Below, one piece after another: positions 11,379 through 24,058 of a DNA stretch of 64,000 nt. The notes under the pieces were generated by a model. It saw nothing but the letters and a program-made list of their open reading frames with translations, was not told the DNA's origin and made no database searches. This stretch comes from Mobula hypostoma (lineage: Eukaryota). The translations under genes and the position numbers were made by a program. How positions within the stretch are numbered: the stretch's first letter is position 1; each line of letters begins with the position of its first letter. Location: contig NC_086097.1 of assembly GCF_963921235.1 (NCBI RefSeq), positions 213,840,001 through 213,904,000 of the forward strand, given 5' to 3'.

Positions 11379-13108
11379 TAACAACATTGGATACTGTTGG
11401 GTGGAGGGTTGATCAAGCAGAGGAAAGTCACAGTGGTCAAGTCTCTGGCACTGAGTCTGGCTCTGTGATTCAGGAAGGAAGAGATCGAAGAGGTGGGCTG
11501 TAGTGATAGGGAATTTGTTAGTTACAGGAATAGAAAGAAGGTTCTGTGGATGAGAATGGGATACTCGTATGGTATGTTGCCTCCCGAGTGCCCCAGTCCA
11601 GGAGATCGCAGATTGAGTCCTCATCATTCTTAATCAGGTGGGTGAGTAGCCAGAGATCATGGTACATGTAGGTACCAATGATATAAGCAGGAAAAGTGAT
11701 AAGGTTCTGCAAAGTGATTTCAGGAAGTTAGGTCCTAAGTTAAAGGGCAGGAACTCCAGGGTTGTGACCTCAGTATTGCTACAAGTGCCATGTGCTGGTG
11801 AGGCCAGAACAAGGAAGATCATACAGTTTAACATGTGGCTAAGGCGTTGGGGTAGGAGGGAAGGTGTTAGATTTTTGGATCATTAGGAAGGAGGGACCTG
11901 CACAGAAGAGACTGTTTACCTGAACTGGAAGGGGATTAATATCCTAGCGGGAAAGGTTGCTCATGCTGCACGGGAAATTTAAGCTAGAGTTGCAGGGGGA
12001 TGGGAACCAGAGCGAAAGATCAGAGAGTGGAGAGGTTGTGAAGACGGATGTTGTTAAGACCTCAGCCAAAGTCTGGAAGCGTGTCACAAGTGGAGTGCCG
12101 CAGGGATCAGTGCTGGGTCTGTTGTTGTTTATCATCTCTATTAACAATCTGGATAATAATGTGGTTAACTTGATCAGCAAATTTGCAGACGTCACCAAGA
12201 TTGGGAGTGTCGTGGACAGCAAGGAAGACTATCAGAGCTTTCAGTGAGAACTGGACTAGATGGAAAAATGGACAAAAGTGGCAGATGGAAATTAATACAG
12301 ATAAGAATGAGGTGTTGCTCTTCAGTAGGACCGATCAGGGTAGGTCTTACACTGTGAACGGTAGGACACCGCAGAGTGCGGTAGAACAAAGGGATCTGGG
12401 AATGCCCGTCCATAACATTGAAAGTGGCAGCACAGACTGATAGGGTTGTAAAGAAAGCATTTGGCACATTGGTCTTCATTAATCAATGCATTGAGTACAG
12501 GAGGTGGGATGTTATGTTGAAGTTGTTTAAGACATTGGTGAGGCATAATTTGGAGTATTGTGTGCAGTTTTCGTCACCTTCCTACAGGAAAGATGTAAAC
12601 AAGGTTGAAAGAGTACAGGGGAAATTTACAAGGATTCAAGGATGTTGCTAGGACCAGAGGACCTGAGTTATAAGGAAAAATGAATGGGTTAGGACTTTAT
12701 TCCTTGGAATGTAGAAGATTGAAAGGAGATTTGATAGTGGTATACAAAATTATGAGGGATATATATAGAGTAAACGCAAGCAAGTTTTTTTCCACTGAGT
12801 TTGGGTGAGACTACAACTAATGGTCATGGATTAAGGGTGAAAGATGCAATGTTTAAGGGGAACATGATGGGAAACTTCTTCACTCAAAGGATGTTGGAAT
12901 GAGAAAAGTGTGGAATGAGCTGCCAATGCAAGTGGTGCATGTGAGTTCAATTTCAAGGTTTAAGAGAAGTTTGGATAGGTACATGGACGGGAGGGTATGG
13001 ATGGCAGTGGTCGGGGTGAAGATCAATGGGACTAGGCAGTTTAAATGGTTTGGCATGGACTAGATGGGCCAGAGGCCCTGTTTTTGTTCTGTACTTTTCT
13101 ATGACTGT
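11379..13108 (+). mobile_element. CR1 composite: ORF1 esterase region joined at ~12070 to the 3' half of RT
   Basis: MVHVGTNDI..VRFLDH (esterase) followed directly by [26 protein letters not shown] and a CR1 tail. Confidence 0.8.
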
Positions 13109-13571
13109 AACATAGATTTAGTAACTTGATATCTAGCAACCCATCAAGTTTTATTCTGTATCTTAAATCTAACTTTGGCCTTTACAATCTGTCACTTTAC
13201 CAAGACATCACCATTAATCGAAACATTCAAGCTAAAATTAGTATTCTTAGCTACTCTTTGATGGACAGCTTGAGCTCCACTTTGTAGTATCTCATTCCAG
13301 AAATAGGTTGAAATGTAAGTTGCTTTACGTTAGGATTACAGGTGATTTCAGAAACAGAAAATCATATTCAGTTTTACAAGAACTGAAGAACAATAGAAAT
13401 ACAGTATCAGGATTGGCGATAAGCTCCTATCAGCTTTCGCCATTATTCTCTGCCATGGTTAATCCAATCTTGCCCTCCATTCCACTTCCCTGTCTGTTCC
13501 TCATAGTCCTTGCCTTCCCCATGGATCAAAAATCTGTTTGTCTGACCTTGATTATATTCATTGATTCAGTC

Positions 13572-14615
13572 TCCATGGCTCTCTGCAGCTTCTTTTGGTC
13601 CTGAGCAGTAGCCTCCCCCACCCCCCATACCAGAGACAGTGAAGCAGCCTGTCAGAATGCTCTCCACGGTACATCTATAGAAGTTTTTGAGTGTATTTGT
13701 TAACATGCCAAGTCTCTTCAAACTCCTAATGAAGTATAGCTGCTGTCTTGCCTTCTTTATAACTACATCAATATGTTGGGACCAGGTTAAATCTTCAGAG
13801 ATCTTGACACCCAGGAACTGGAAGCTGCTCACTCTCTCCACTTCTGATCTCTCTATGAGGATTGGTATGTGTCCCTTCATCTTACCCTTCCTGAAGTCCA
13901 CATTCAGCTCTTTCATCTTACTGGCGTTGAGTGCCAGGTTGTTGCTGCAGCACCACTCCACCAGTTGGCATATCTCACTCCTATATGCCCTGTCTTCACC
14001 ACCCAAGATTCCACCAACAATGGTTGTATCGTCAGTGAATTTGTAGATGGTATTTGAGCTGTGCCTAGCCACATTGTCATGTGTGTATAGAGAGTAGAGC
14101 AGTGGGCTAAGCACACACCCCTCAGGTGCGCCAGTTTTAATCATCAACGAGGAGGATATGTTATCACCAATCTGCGCAGTTTGTGGTCTTCCAGTTAGGA
14201 AGTTGAGGATCCAATTGCAGAGGGAGGTACAGAGCCCCAGCTTCTGCAACTTCTCAATCAGGATTGTGGGAATGATGGTATTAAATGCTGAGCTATAGTT
14301 GATGAACAGCATCCTGACGTAGGTGTTTATGTTGTCCAGATAGTCTAAAGCTGTGTGGAGAGCCATGGATATTGGGTCTGCCGTTGACCTATTGTGGCGA
14401 TAGGCAAATTTCAATGGGTCCAGGTCCTTGCTGAGGCAGGAGTTCAATCTAGTCATGACCAACCTCTCAAAGCATTTCATCACTGTCGATGTGAATGCTA
14501 CTGGGCAATAGTCATTCAGACAGCTCACATTAGTCCTCTTCTTATACACTGGTATAATTGTTGCCTTCTTGAAGTAAGTGGGAACTTCCGCCCGTAGCAG
14601 TGAGAGGTTGAAAAT
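13572..14615 (-). mobile_element. Rex1/Babar LINE RT fragment, truncated at both ends
   Basis: 327-aa ORF with [55 protein letters not shown] and [14 protein letters not shown]. Confidence 0.9.
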
Positions 14616-14769
14616 GGATCTGGCGTCTCTGCGGCTTCTTCTTTTAGGCTGTCAGCTCCAGGAGATTTGTCACTTTCAAACCCATTTCTTTACCTACCAC
14701 TTTTCCTCTAGACATCATGATTGCTTTTATATCCTCTATTCATTTTACACCCTGGATTTTGAGTGTTTT

Positions 14770-15120
14770 CTACAGTGAAGACAACTAAAAAATATTTATT
14801 CATAATCTGCTATTTTCTTATATCCCTTTATTAATTCCTATTCTCTTCCTCTAAGGGATCATGGCTGACCTGAGCTGCAGTATTCCTTATTTACTGTGCT
14901 TCCAGAAGCTCTGAATGTTTGTTTTTATATTTCCTGTGAGTTTATTGCCATAATCTTTCTTTTGCTTCATTAGCATTTTGTCATTCTAAAAATTTTCTAA
15001 TATTTTGTTCTACAACTAATCTTTGGAACATAATATGCCTTTCTATTTGAAATGGTTCTTAACTTTCTTCGTAGGCCATGGATTGTTTTTCTTTCAGAGT
15101 CTTTAATTCTCAGTCGGATA
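14770..15120 (-). mobile_element. Highly decayed CR1 ORF2 fragment (EN-RT linker)
   Basis: Reverse complement loosely matches the linker region of the plus-strand CR1 copies (e.g. 9600-9760, 26800-27000). Confidence 0.4.
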
Positions 15121-15519
15121 CATTTGATCATTTATTTTGATAATTTTTAGTTATGATCTGACCAAGCTCAGGAGGCACTTTTTAAAAGGATTTTTAAGAA
15201 GCCCCTTAAGCAGTCAAAATAACTTCTGCATTGCATGAACTTCTGACAAATGCATCAGATGTCATATTCAGGAAAAGTTATACTGCATGGTGCAGATGGT
15301 TTCTGCTAACATACAGATCCATCTTTGTGCCTAATGCTCAGGTCCTTCTTCTCTTAAACTTGGACTGGATAAACACAATGTAGAGCCACCCAGAGACCAT
15401 CCACAGAGGATAGTTACTGGTTACAGTTTCTATTAGTTGTGATCCTATGTGCTTTTTGTGCTTTCTGTGCCCCCTCGTTCTCTCAGTGCTCTCTAGTTTT
15501 TCCCACTCGTACCCTAGGA

Positions 15520-15960
15520 AAAAGACTGTGACCACACACTCTCATGATTTTACTAGCTTCTATAAATCAGGCTCAGCTTTCTTTGCTTCAGGGGAAGCAG
15601 TTCCAGCCTATCCAGTCTCTCCTTATCACTCAAGCCTTCCTCTCTAGTGACATACTTATGAATATTTCCTGCACCCTCTCTAAATTAATCACATCCTTCC
15701 CTGAGCATGACGATCAGTACTGAACATAATTTTCCAGGTGCAGTCTAACCAATACCCTATGTAGCTGTAACATAACAGTCAACTCTTGTGCTAAAAGGCA
15801 AGCATACTTTATGTCTTCTTCACCTCTTGGTCTACCTGTGTTGCCATTTTCAGGGAACTACATACCTTGAGGTCTCTCATTTTTGCAACATTCCCTGGAG
15901 GCCTGTGTATGTCCTGCCCTGAGTTGATTTCCCAATATTCTATCACTTGGCTGAGTCAAT
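15520..15960 (-). mobile_element. Decayed CR1 3' RT fragment
   Basis: Antisense CR1 hallmarks (tcacatccttcc, tccaggtgcagtctaacc, tacctgtgttgccattttcaggga) as in the 17208-18128 copy. Confidence 0.55.
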
Positions 15961-17207
15961 CTTGTATCTTGACAAACTCAACACTGGCTGCAACAACACT
16001 TCTTGAGGATCCAGGGCTTCTCCTTCCAACCTTCAATTAAAACTTACGCTACAATGTCCAAAACCATACATATGAGATCTCTCCCATGACCTGCTATTTT
16101 TCACTCTATCCTGCACAATTAACTTGTACAAGATCTAGCAGCATCTGCTCTGATTGAATAAAATTTCCCTGTATGAGGTACAGAGTAGCTTTAAGTGGTG
16201 CTGGTATGTCTTCACTATTTGTGGTATCGATTCTTTGCTGAATCATCAAGGCCTTAAAAAGCTCAGAATAGTCTGCCTGAGGACAGCGATCATGTCAATG
16301 TGAATGTATCACAAAGATTGGGGATGACCAGATTAACCACTTTTACCTCATATGGGCTTTGAAGGGTGGACTGGGGTGAGTGTGAAATAGAGCACATTTG
16401 AGATCTTGTGCCTTAATTCCTGTCGTTATCTGTAAGTGCGAGTGAGGGAGTTCAGGGCTCTCAAGGACTGTTGCAATGCTACAGCAATTAGGAATGCTAC
16501 TTGCAACTCTTTGGAATCGAGTTCCTGTGACAGGAAAGGGTACAGCTTAAACTATGCAGCCCGGAAGAGCATTTCTTTTACTCCTATCCCCAGAGAGGTA
16601 GATTTTACATTTTCATTGGGTGACAGACTGCAAATAACACAGATAAGACAACCCCAATTTGCATAAACTCATACAAACTCTATCTGTCTTAACCAGATCA
16701 AAAATCTCTTTGTTCAGCTATGTGCCTACAAATTCAATTGTATAATAGTAATCTTTCTTAACAAATTGCAATTGAAGATCAGTCTTTTCCACAGCGAAAC
16801 ATGATAGCAACCACCTTCTGGTTTCTTCTGCACCATTGTGGAAATTTGACCAGGCACATCATGGATCAGAAACCCTTAACTGTCCCATCATTCATCATGA
16901 TCTCATAATTCCCTGAGAGCACTGTGGATGACATCATTTCCTGTGGATTACATCATTCACTTTGTGCAATGCCCTTCTTGAAGCAGAACACAAGAATTTA
17001 GATCACATTGTCCTAGTTGACTATCATTCAGCAATCCTCGGGCAACATGGTCATACGTAGCACAGAGCTAGTCTGGAAGCCTTTCACCTCAATTAAATAT
17101 ATACCTGCATTATTTGCCCCCTTTCTTCTATAGTTTGAACTCTCCTTCAACCCCAAGCCCTATATTGAGCATCTTGACCTCCTGTCCTCACCCCACCAAC
17201 ATCATAG

Positions 17208-18128
17208 GACATAGAACATAGAATAGTACAGCACAGTACAGGCCCTTCGGCCCACAATGTTGTGCCAACCCTTAAACCCTGCCTCCCATATAACCCTCCA
17301 CCTTAAATTCCTCCATATACCTGTCTGGTAGTCTCTTAAATTTCACTAGTGTATCTGCCTCCACCACTGACTCAGGCAGTGCATTCCACGCACCAACCAC
17401 TCTCTGAGTAAAAAACCTTCCTCTAATATTCCCCTTGAACTTCCCACCACCCCTTACTTTAAAGCCATGTCCTTTTGTATTGAGCAGTGGTGCCCTGGGG
17501 AAGAGGTGCTGGCTGTCCACTCTATCTATTCCTCTTAATATCTTGTATACCTCTATCATGTCTCCTCTCATCCTCCTTCTCTCCAAAGAGTAAAGCCCTA
17601 GCTCCCTTAATCTCTGATCATAATGCATACTCTCTAAACCAGGCAGCATCCTGGTAAATCTCCTCTGTACCCTTTCCAATGCTTCCACATCCTTCCTATA
17701 GTGAGGTGACCAGAACTGGACATAATACTCCAAGTGCGGCCTAACCAGAGTTTTATAGAGCTGCATCATAACCTCGCGACTCTTAAACTCTATCCCTCGA
17801 CTTATGAAAGCTAACACCCCTTAAGCTTTCTTAACTACCCTATCTACCTGTGAGGCAACTTTCAGGGATCTGTGGACATGTACCCTGAGATCCCTCTGCT
17901 CCTCCACACTACCAAGTATCCTGCCATTTACTTTGCCTTGGAGTTTGTCCTTCCAAAGTGTACCACCTCACACTTCTCTGGGTTGAACTCCATCTGCCGC
18001 TTCTCAGTCCACTTCTGCAGCCTATCAATGTCTCTCTGCAATCTTCGACAATCCTCTACACTATCTACAACACCACCAACCTTTGTGTCGTCTGCAAACT
18101 TGCCAACCCACCCTTCTACCTCCACATT
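17208..18128 (-). mobile_element. Young 5'-truncated CR1 LINE
   Basis: ORFs 17928-18170 and 17272-17817 carry KFADDTK and LVRPHLEYYVQFWSP; acatagaacatagaa tail. Confidence 0.9.
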
Positions 18129-18171
18129 CATGATCCCCTTCATGTATTGGCACACACTGATTTCATGCAAA

Positions 18172-18830
18172 AGTTCAAAAGTTCAAAGTTCAAAGTAAAT
18201 TTATTATCAAAGTACATATATGTCACCAAATGCACAATAAATACAAAGAAATATAGTAGAAGCAATGAAAGGCCACCCCAACTGGATGGACAAACAATCA
18301 GTGTGCAATAAACAAAAACTGTGCAAATACAGAAAGAAAATAATAATAATAACAAATAAATAAACAATAATTATTGAGAAGATGAGATGAATAGTCCTTG
18401 AATGTGTTCATAAGTTGTGTTCAGATCAGTGTTGGGGAGAGTGAAGTTATCCCCTCTGGTTCAAGAGCCTGATAGTTGAGGGGTGATAACTGTTCCTAAA
18501 CCTGTTGGTGTGGGTTCTGAGGCTCCAGTACCTCCTACCTGATGGCAGCAGCGAGAAGAGAGCGTGGCCTGGATAGTGGGAGTACTTGAAGATGGATGTC
18601 GCTTTCCTGCAACAGCACTCCATGTCGGTGTGCTCAATGGTGCGGAGGGCTTTATTTGTGATGGACTGGGCTGTATCCACTACTTTTTGCAGGCTTTTCT
18701 GTTCAAGTGCATTGGAGCTTCTATACGAGACCATGATGCATCCAGTCAGTATACTTTGCACCGTACATCTATAGAAGTTTGTCAAAGTTTTAAATGACGT
18801 GATGAATCTAAGCAAACCTCCTACAAACAA
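18172..18830 (-). mobile_element. Rex1/Babar LINE 3' fragment
   Basis: NFYRCTVQSILTGCI..HALFSLLPSGRRY..RFRNSYHPSTIRLLN; (aaagttc)n tail. Confidence 0.85.
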
Positions 18831-20274
18831 TGCTCTCGTGATTCTGATTCCCTTCTCCATCTTGACAAGTGGCCAGTCTCGATTGTCCCATAGCCACCAC
18901 CACACCCCACACTACTACACCGGTCCCTGACTTGGACAAGAAGAGCTTTCTGCCATACAATCCAAAGGGACTGTTCTATTTCCCCCTTGACAAATGAAAA
19001 GATTAACTTTATATGTTTATCAGCTTATATTAAATCCTAAATTCTACATTACTCATCAATGCAGTCCTTTGCTATACAACTCTCAAACCATATTGTTTGC
19101 TTCAGTTTTTTGCATTTCGCTATTTATCAATGCTGGATTGCTTGCACTAACATTCTTGGTTATCAGTTTATGATATATGTTCCTTTAATTACTTTTTAAA
19201 AATTAAATGGCAGGAAACATAAGACCTATTCTGTTCTGGCTTAATCAGGAACTGTACGTTTTTAGAACCCATTTCATTTTTTTCATCTTCCCAAGGCAGT
19301 TAGACTTCATCCATAATTAATATGGATGTAGATGAGCTGCATGACAGAAGCAGCAGGCAAGGGTATAGTCAGCTCAGAGGTCACTCCACTCATATCCACC
19401 AGCTTCTTTTGAGCATCAAGCATTTAACTGATTCCTTCCTGTCGTTCGGTAGCATTGCAGTGTGCTGGATAATGTCAGTACGTCGGATTCTGTTACAACA
19501 AATTACCGCACACTTTAAAAATTGAACGTAACCAAAATCTATCTGACAGAGGAAGTTGATTCTGAATGTCATATATTTTCGACTATCCAATGACCTCTTA
19601 GAAAAAGACAGGTCAGTTGTGTTTTGAACTTACATATTATAATCAAATTCTTAAATTCTTAACCATTTTCAGCATTTCCTGTCAACCAGTCAATTGGTGA
19701 CTGTAACTTTGCTGCCTGTTTTATACTTGTCCCCTTTTTCTGTACCTTTGCACCATAATCAAGTATCTTGCTTGATGGGAACGGCCCAGATCAATCCCAT
19801 TGTTTAGAAAATTCCAAGTTTGTTTCCGGGCTCATGCTGGTCAGCATCACAAAATTGGCCTCAGTGCTTCTTGGTCAACTGCAGTTTATTATAATCAATC
19901 TGGTACATGAAGAATGACCACAGAGGCAAAGTTCCTGAGATTGACCTGTACTCTCTCAGCTGTACTCAAGCATGTGTCAATAGTCATGAGAGCACTGGGA
20001 ATCCAGTCCTAGGGTCTGTGAACACAGAGAAAGAATGCAAAATATGGGGGAAAGGAAGTGAATGATCTTTGAATTCACCAGGACTTGGCAAATCTCACAG
20101 GGCTAGTTCTCAATACTGAAGCCTATGGATTAAATGGGTCAAATGTAGCACTGGCATTTGGTCTGAAGGCATAGAATCATGAAGGCTGCTAAACAAATTG
20201 GAACATGTCATAGTGTTATAGAGTCATACAGTACCCCTCACATTCATGGTGACCCTATTGCACTCATTAGGGCA

Positions 20275-20630
20275 TTCAAAATTCAAAGTAAATATATGTC
20301 ACCCTGAGATTTAGTTTCTTGCAGCCATTCTCAATAAATCTATAATGGAATAATACAAAAATACAAAAAGAAAGAAATAATAATAAATAAGCAATAAATA
20401 TCGAGAACATGAGATGAAGGGTCCTTGAACTTGAATCCATAGGTTATGAGAACATTTCAGTGATGGACAAGTGAAGATGATTGAAGTGATCCCCTTTGAT
20501 TCAAGAGCCCAATGGCTGAGGGGTAATAACTGTTCCCAAGCCTGATGTTATGGGTCCTGAGGCTCCTGTACCTTCTTCCTGATGGCAGTAGTGAGGAGAG
20601 AGCATGGCCTGGGTGATGGGAGTCTCTGGG
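20275..20630 (-). mobile_element. Rex1/Babar LINE 3' fragment
   Basis: Colinear with 178-620 and 18190-18590. Confidence 0.75.
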
Positions 20631-20689
20631 GGTCATTCTAAAACTGCTGTTTTACTTTAAATGTGTATTAATAAAATGGATATCCAGGA

Positions 20690-21320
20690 CAAATTTCAGT
20701 ATTTGCTGATAAATAGAGAGATGAATGGAAATAGATTTCAGTATGTCATAGATTAATCAGCTGAATAGAATGACAGAGGCTGGTGAAATGTAATACAGAA
20801 AATTGTAATTGATGCATCTTGGCAGAATGAAAATGAAATGAGAATATAGATGAAATGACGGCACTCTGAAGGCTCCTGGAGATGGGAGTTAGTAAAGCTT
20901 TTGGGTTCCTGAGCTTGAGAGATGGAGTTCAAAAGCAAGGAGGTTATCTTAAAAACTTAGCTAAGTGTGCAACTGGAGGTTTGCATTCTAATCTGGTCAG
21001 CACTGTTTAGAAAGGGTAAGAAGGTCCCAGAGAAAAAGATCTTCTAGATTTGTTCCAGCAGTGAAGTTAGACCGGGGAAACTCTGGTGGTTAAGGAGACA
21101 TTTGCTAGAGAAGCACAAGATCGTGACAGAGTAAACAGGGAGAAGCTATTCCCATTTTTGGGTAATTCAGTTAGCACTGTTTCAAAAATTATAGACAAAT
21201 GATAGAAGAAAATGTGAGAAAAAACCCTTTTATAGAGCGTGACATTATGATCTGGAACTTTCTATAAAAAGCAGTAGAAAAACGCAGCCCCTTTGAAAGG
21301 AATACAGATGGCATATAATA
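20690..21320 (+). mobile_element. Old decayed CR1 3' RT fragment; tail probably resumes at ~21960-22040
   Basis: Residual motifs aaatttgctgat, gagttcaaaagcaagg, attctaatctggtc. Confidence 0.55.
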
Positions 21321-21371
21321 GTGTGGTCTCCAGCTTCTCTGGTCTAACTTTATACTGAAATCCTTCATTAC

Positions 21372-21850
21372 ACCATAAGACCATAAGATATAGGTGCAGA
21401 ATTAGGCCATTTGGCCCATCTGTTCCACCATTCCATCACGACTGATTTATTATATCTCTCAAACCCATTCTTCTGCCTTCACCCTGTAACCTCTGACACC
21501 CTTACTAACTAAGAACCTATTAACCTCCCCTTTAAATGTAACCAATGATTTGGCCTCCACAGCCATCTATGGCAATGAATTTCACTCTCTGGCGAAAGGA
21601 ATTCCTCTTCAGCTTTGTTCTAAAAGGATGTCTCTCTATTCTGAGGCAAGATCCTTTGGTCCTAGAGTCCCCCATTATAAGAAACATCCTCTCCAAATCC
21701 ACTCTGTCTAGGCCTTTCAATATTCTATAGGTTTCAACTAAATCCCTCTTCAATTTTCTAAATGGTAGCAAGTACAGTCCCAGAGCCCTCAAACACACCT
21801 CATATGTTAAAACTTTAATTCCCAGGATAATTCTCATGAACCTCTTCTGG
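21372..21850 (-). mobile_element. CR1 3' fragment
   Basis: LGLY..DLVETYRILKGLDRVD; ccataagaccataaga tail. Confidence 0.85.
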
Positions 21851-22649
21851 AAGCAATGTGGAAAATCTAATTTTTGCAGTCTTTGGGATTTTCACATTAT
21901 TTCCACAACACTTTGACTAGAACTTGATCCAGCTAAAGACCAAAAAGTAAAATGCTTTGTAGGGCAAAAGCAGGTGAATGGGACAGGCTAGATCACTCTA
22001 CCAGAAGCCAACATGGATCCAGTTCTATGTTGTAACAAATACATAAAGCTAGAGCAGCCATGAATGCTGAACTCTGGCAGTGTCTGGAGTAACAATATGA
22101 ATCCAATGGTGGTGAGGGAATTCGTCAGACTTCCTTTCAAACGTCAGGCACTGATCCATTCTGTCCAAGCTCAGATAATCTGAGAATCATTTCCCCACCA
22201 TCAGCTGCATAATACCTTTATATACTTCTTCCAAGCATTTCAGTGCAAGTATTTACTGTTTGTTCAAATGAATAAATCATGGTCTGACAGTGAGTCATTG
22301 CTGATTTCCACTTCTGATTTCCACTATTCTGATTGTTTCCTTTCAGTTGGACCCATTTTGAGCTATTGTCCAGTTGTTGCTGATCTCTCCCTGATGAAGA
22401 CAATGTGCTGGTGGATGAAATATACATGCACGTTTGCAGTTACCCGGAGCCTGTCCTGGCCACATCACCTTCCCCATTATCAGCTGTTTTATTTTCTCTT
22501 TCGGAGGATTTCCGTGTATACAGTGACAACATTCAGTTTCCTGGACAAAGTTTTAAGCAAATTTGATGTCTGATTCCATGTAATTACCACAGTGATAGAT
22601 AATTTCCAATCTTCTGATTAGACCTTGCTCCCCATCAAATTATCAGCTT

Positions 22650-23345
22650 GGTAGAAGGAATAGAAATGCAGAATATTTTTTAAGCAGTGTAAGGCTGTTC
22701 TTGGCGACCTGTGTATGCTTGTACCAGAATCTCTGAAAGTTAATGACCAAGTACAGCAATCAATTAAGAAGGTAAACAATGTCTTGAATTTTTACTGTTT
22801 GATTGGAAGAGTAACTGTGTCCTAAGCAGTTATACGGGGTCTCCAGGTGAGGCCGTACCCACAATATTGTAAATGGGTTCCTAATGAAGGATGAAGATGC
22901 AGAAGAGGGAGGGCAATGAAAGTCCACTAAGCTGATTGTTGGGATGGTGGGTGGGGGGGTGGGAGGGTTGGTCCATAAAGAGAAACTAGGAGCCTTGGCT
23001 TATATTCTAGAATTTAGAACAATCTTATACAACCGCTTAAGGGCTTGTTGTGGTAGATGAAGGAATAGTCTTTCCCTTTGTTGGGCTATCTAAGAGTAGG
23101 GACTTGGCTCGAAATAAGAGGGCAGCCATTCAGGACTGAGAAGGAATTTCGTCGCCTAGTGGGTAGTGAATCTTTGGAATTATCTACCCACGAGGGCTGT
23201 TGGTCTCAGGGTATCAAAGGAATCAGGGGATGTGGGGTGACTGCAGGAAAATGTCACTGAAATAGAAAAATTAGCTATGATCTTATTGAATGCCAGAACA
23301 ACCACAAGGTCTGTAAGGTCTCTTCCTGCGTCTATTCCTAATGTC
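22650..23345 (+). mobile_element. Old decayed CR1 3' fragment
   Basis: IRGQPFRTE motif, gtagtgaatctttggaatt, and a CR1-type 3' end. Confidence 0.6.
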
Positions 23346-23617
23346 CTGTCAAAATCCCAGGCTATTCTGTTGAAATGACCCTCAGTCTTTTCTCTAACCA
23401 TCACTATAAAACCATGAACAGCTGCTGACATTCCCTTGTGTATTTTCTGTGAGAAGGTTGTATTAGCAAAACTCTGTGGTGATATATTTACATAACTGCA
23501 CCACCTGGCTGTTAAAAAATAATCTCTAGTTTCTTTTATAGCCTTGTGAACAAAGAAAATAATTCAGATCTTCACAGGATGAAGTTTCACACTTTTACTC
23601 TTCAGGTTTTGCTATTG

Positions 23618-23642
23618 GATTAGATTAGATTAGATTAGATTA
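23618..23642. repeat. (GATTA)5 microsatellite
   Basis: Read directly. Confidence 0.9.
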
Positions 23643-23817
23643 ATTATAGACATCAAAATTCTGCGAATTAGAAAATGTAGATATACTCAGAATGGACAGA
23701 TGTAATTGAAAAGTCTCTCTAGTCCTTCCACAAAAACCCTTATTCAAAAAAAATACAGAAGAAAAATCAATAGGAATCAAATTGTATTGAAATATTTATT
23801 TACTTATTTTAATATTT

Positions 23818-24058
23818 CATCTCTGCCATGGACAGGCCCAAGTCTGGCTGCAAAGGGTGGAGGGTTGGGCAACCCCATCCTGTAAAAACACATTGCTACA
23901 GAATTGCCAATAGAAACTCCAAACACCTCATCCCTGGGAAAGGAAGGAGAAGGTGGGCTACATCTGGGCTAACTTGAAAGACTGGCCCAGGACAGAGGAC
24001 CCTGACAAACTGCTGTTCAGCGGTCTATGCCCCAGTAGGGGTGATGGGCTTAAGTAAG
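23818..24058 (+). mobile_element. Non-autonomous RTE-derived short element
   Basis: RTE 5'UTR-like motif gggttgggcaaccccatcctgtaaaa joined to an RTE ORF-end-like stretch (LERLAQDR..GLCPSRG) and a taagtaag tail. Confidence 0.6.

Noticed and set aside
19296..19340. Hairpin catccata-attaa-tatggatg
   Set aside because: An 8-bp AT-rich stem is expected by chance in 64 kb.
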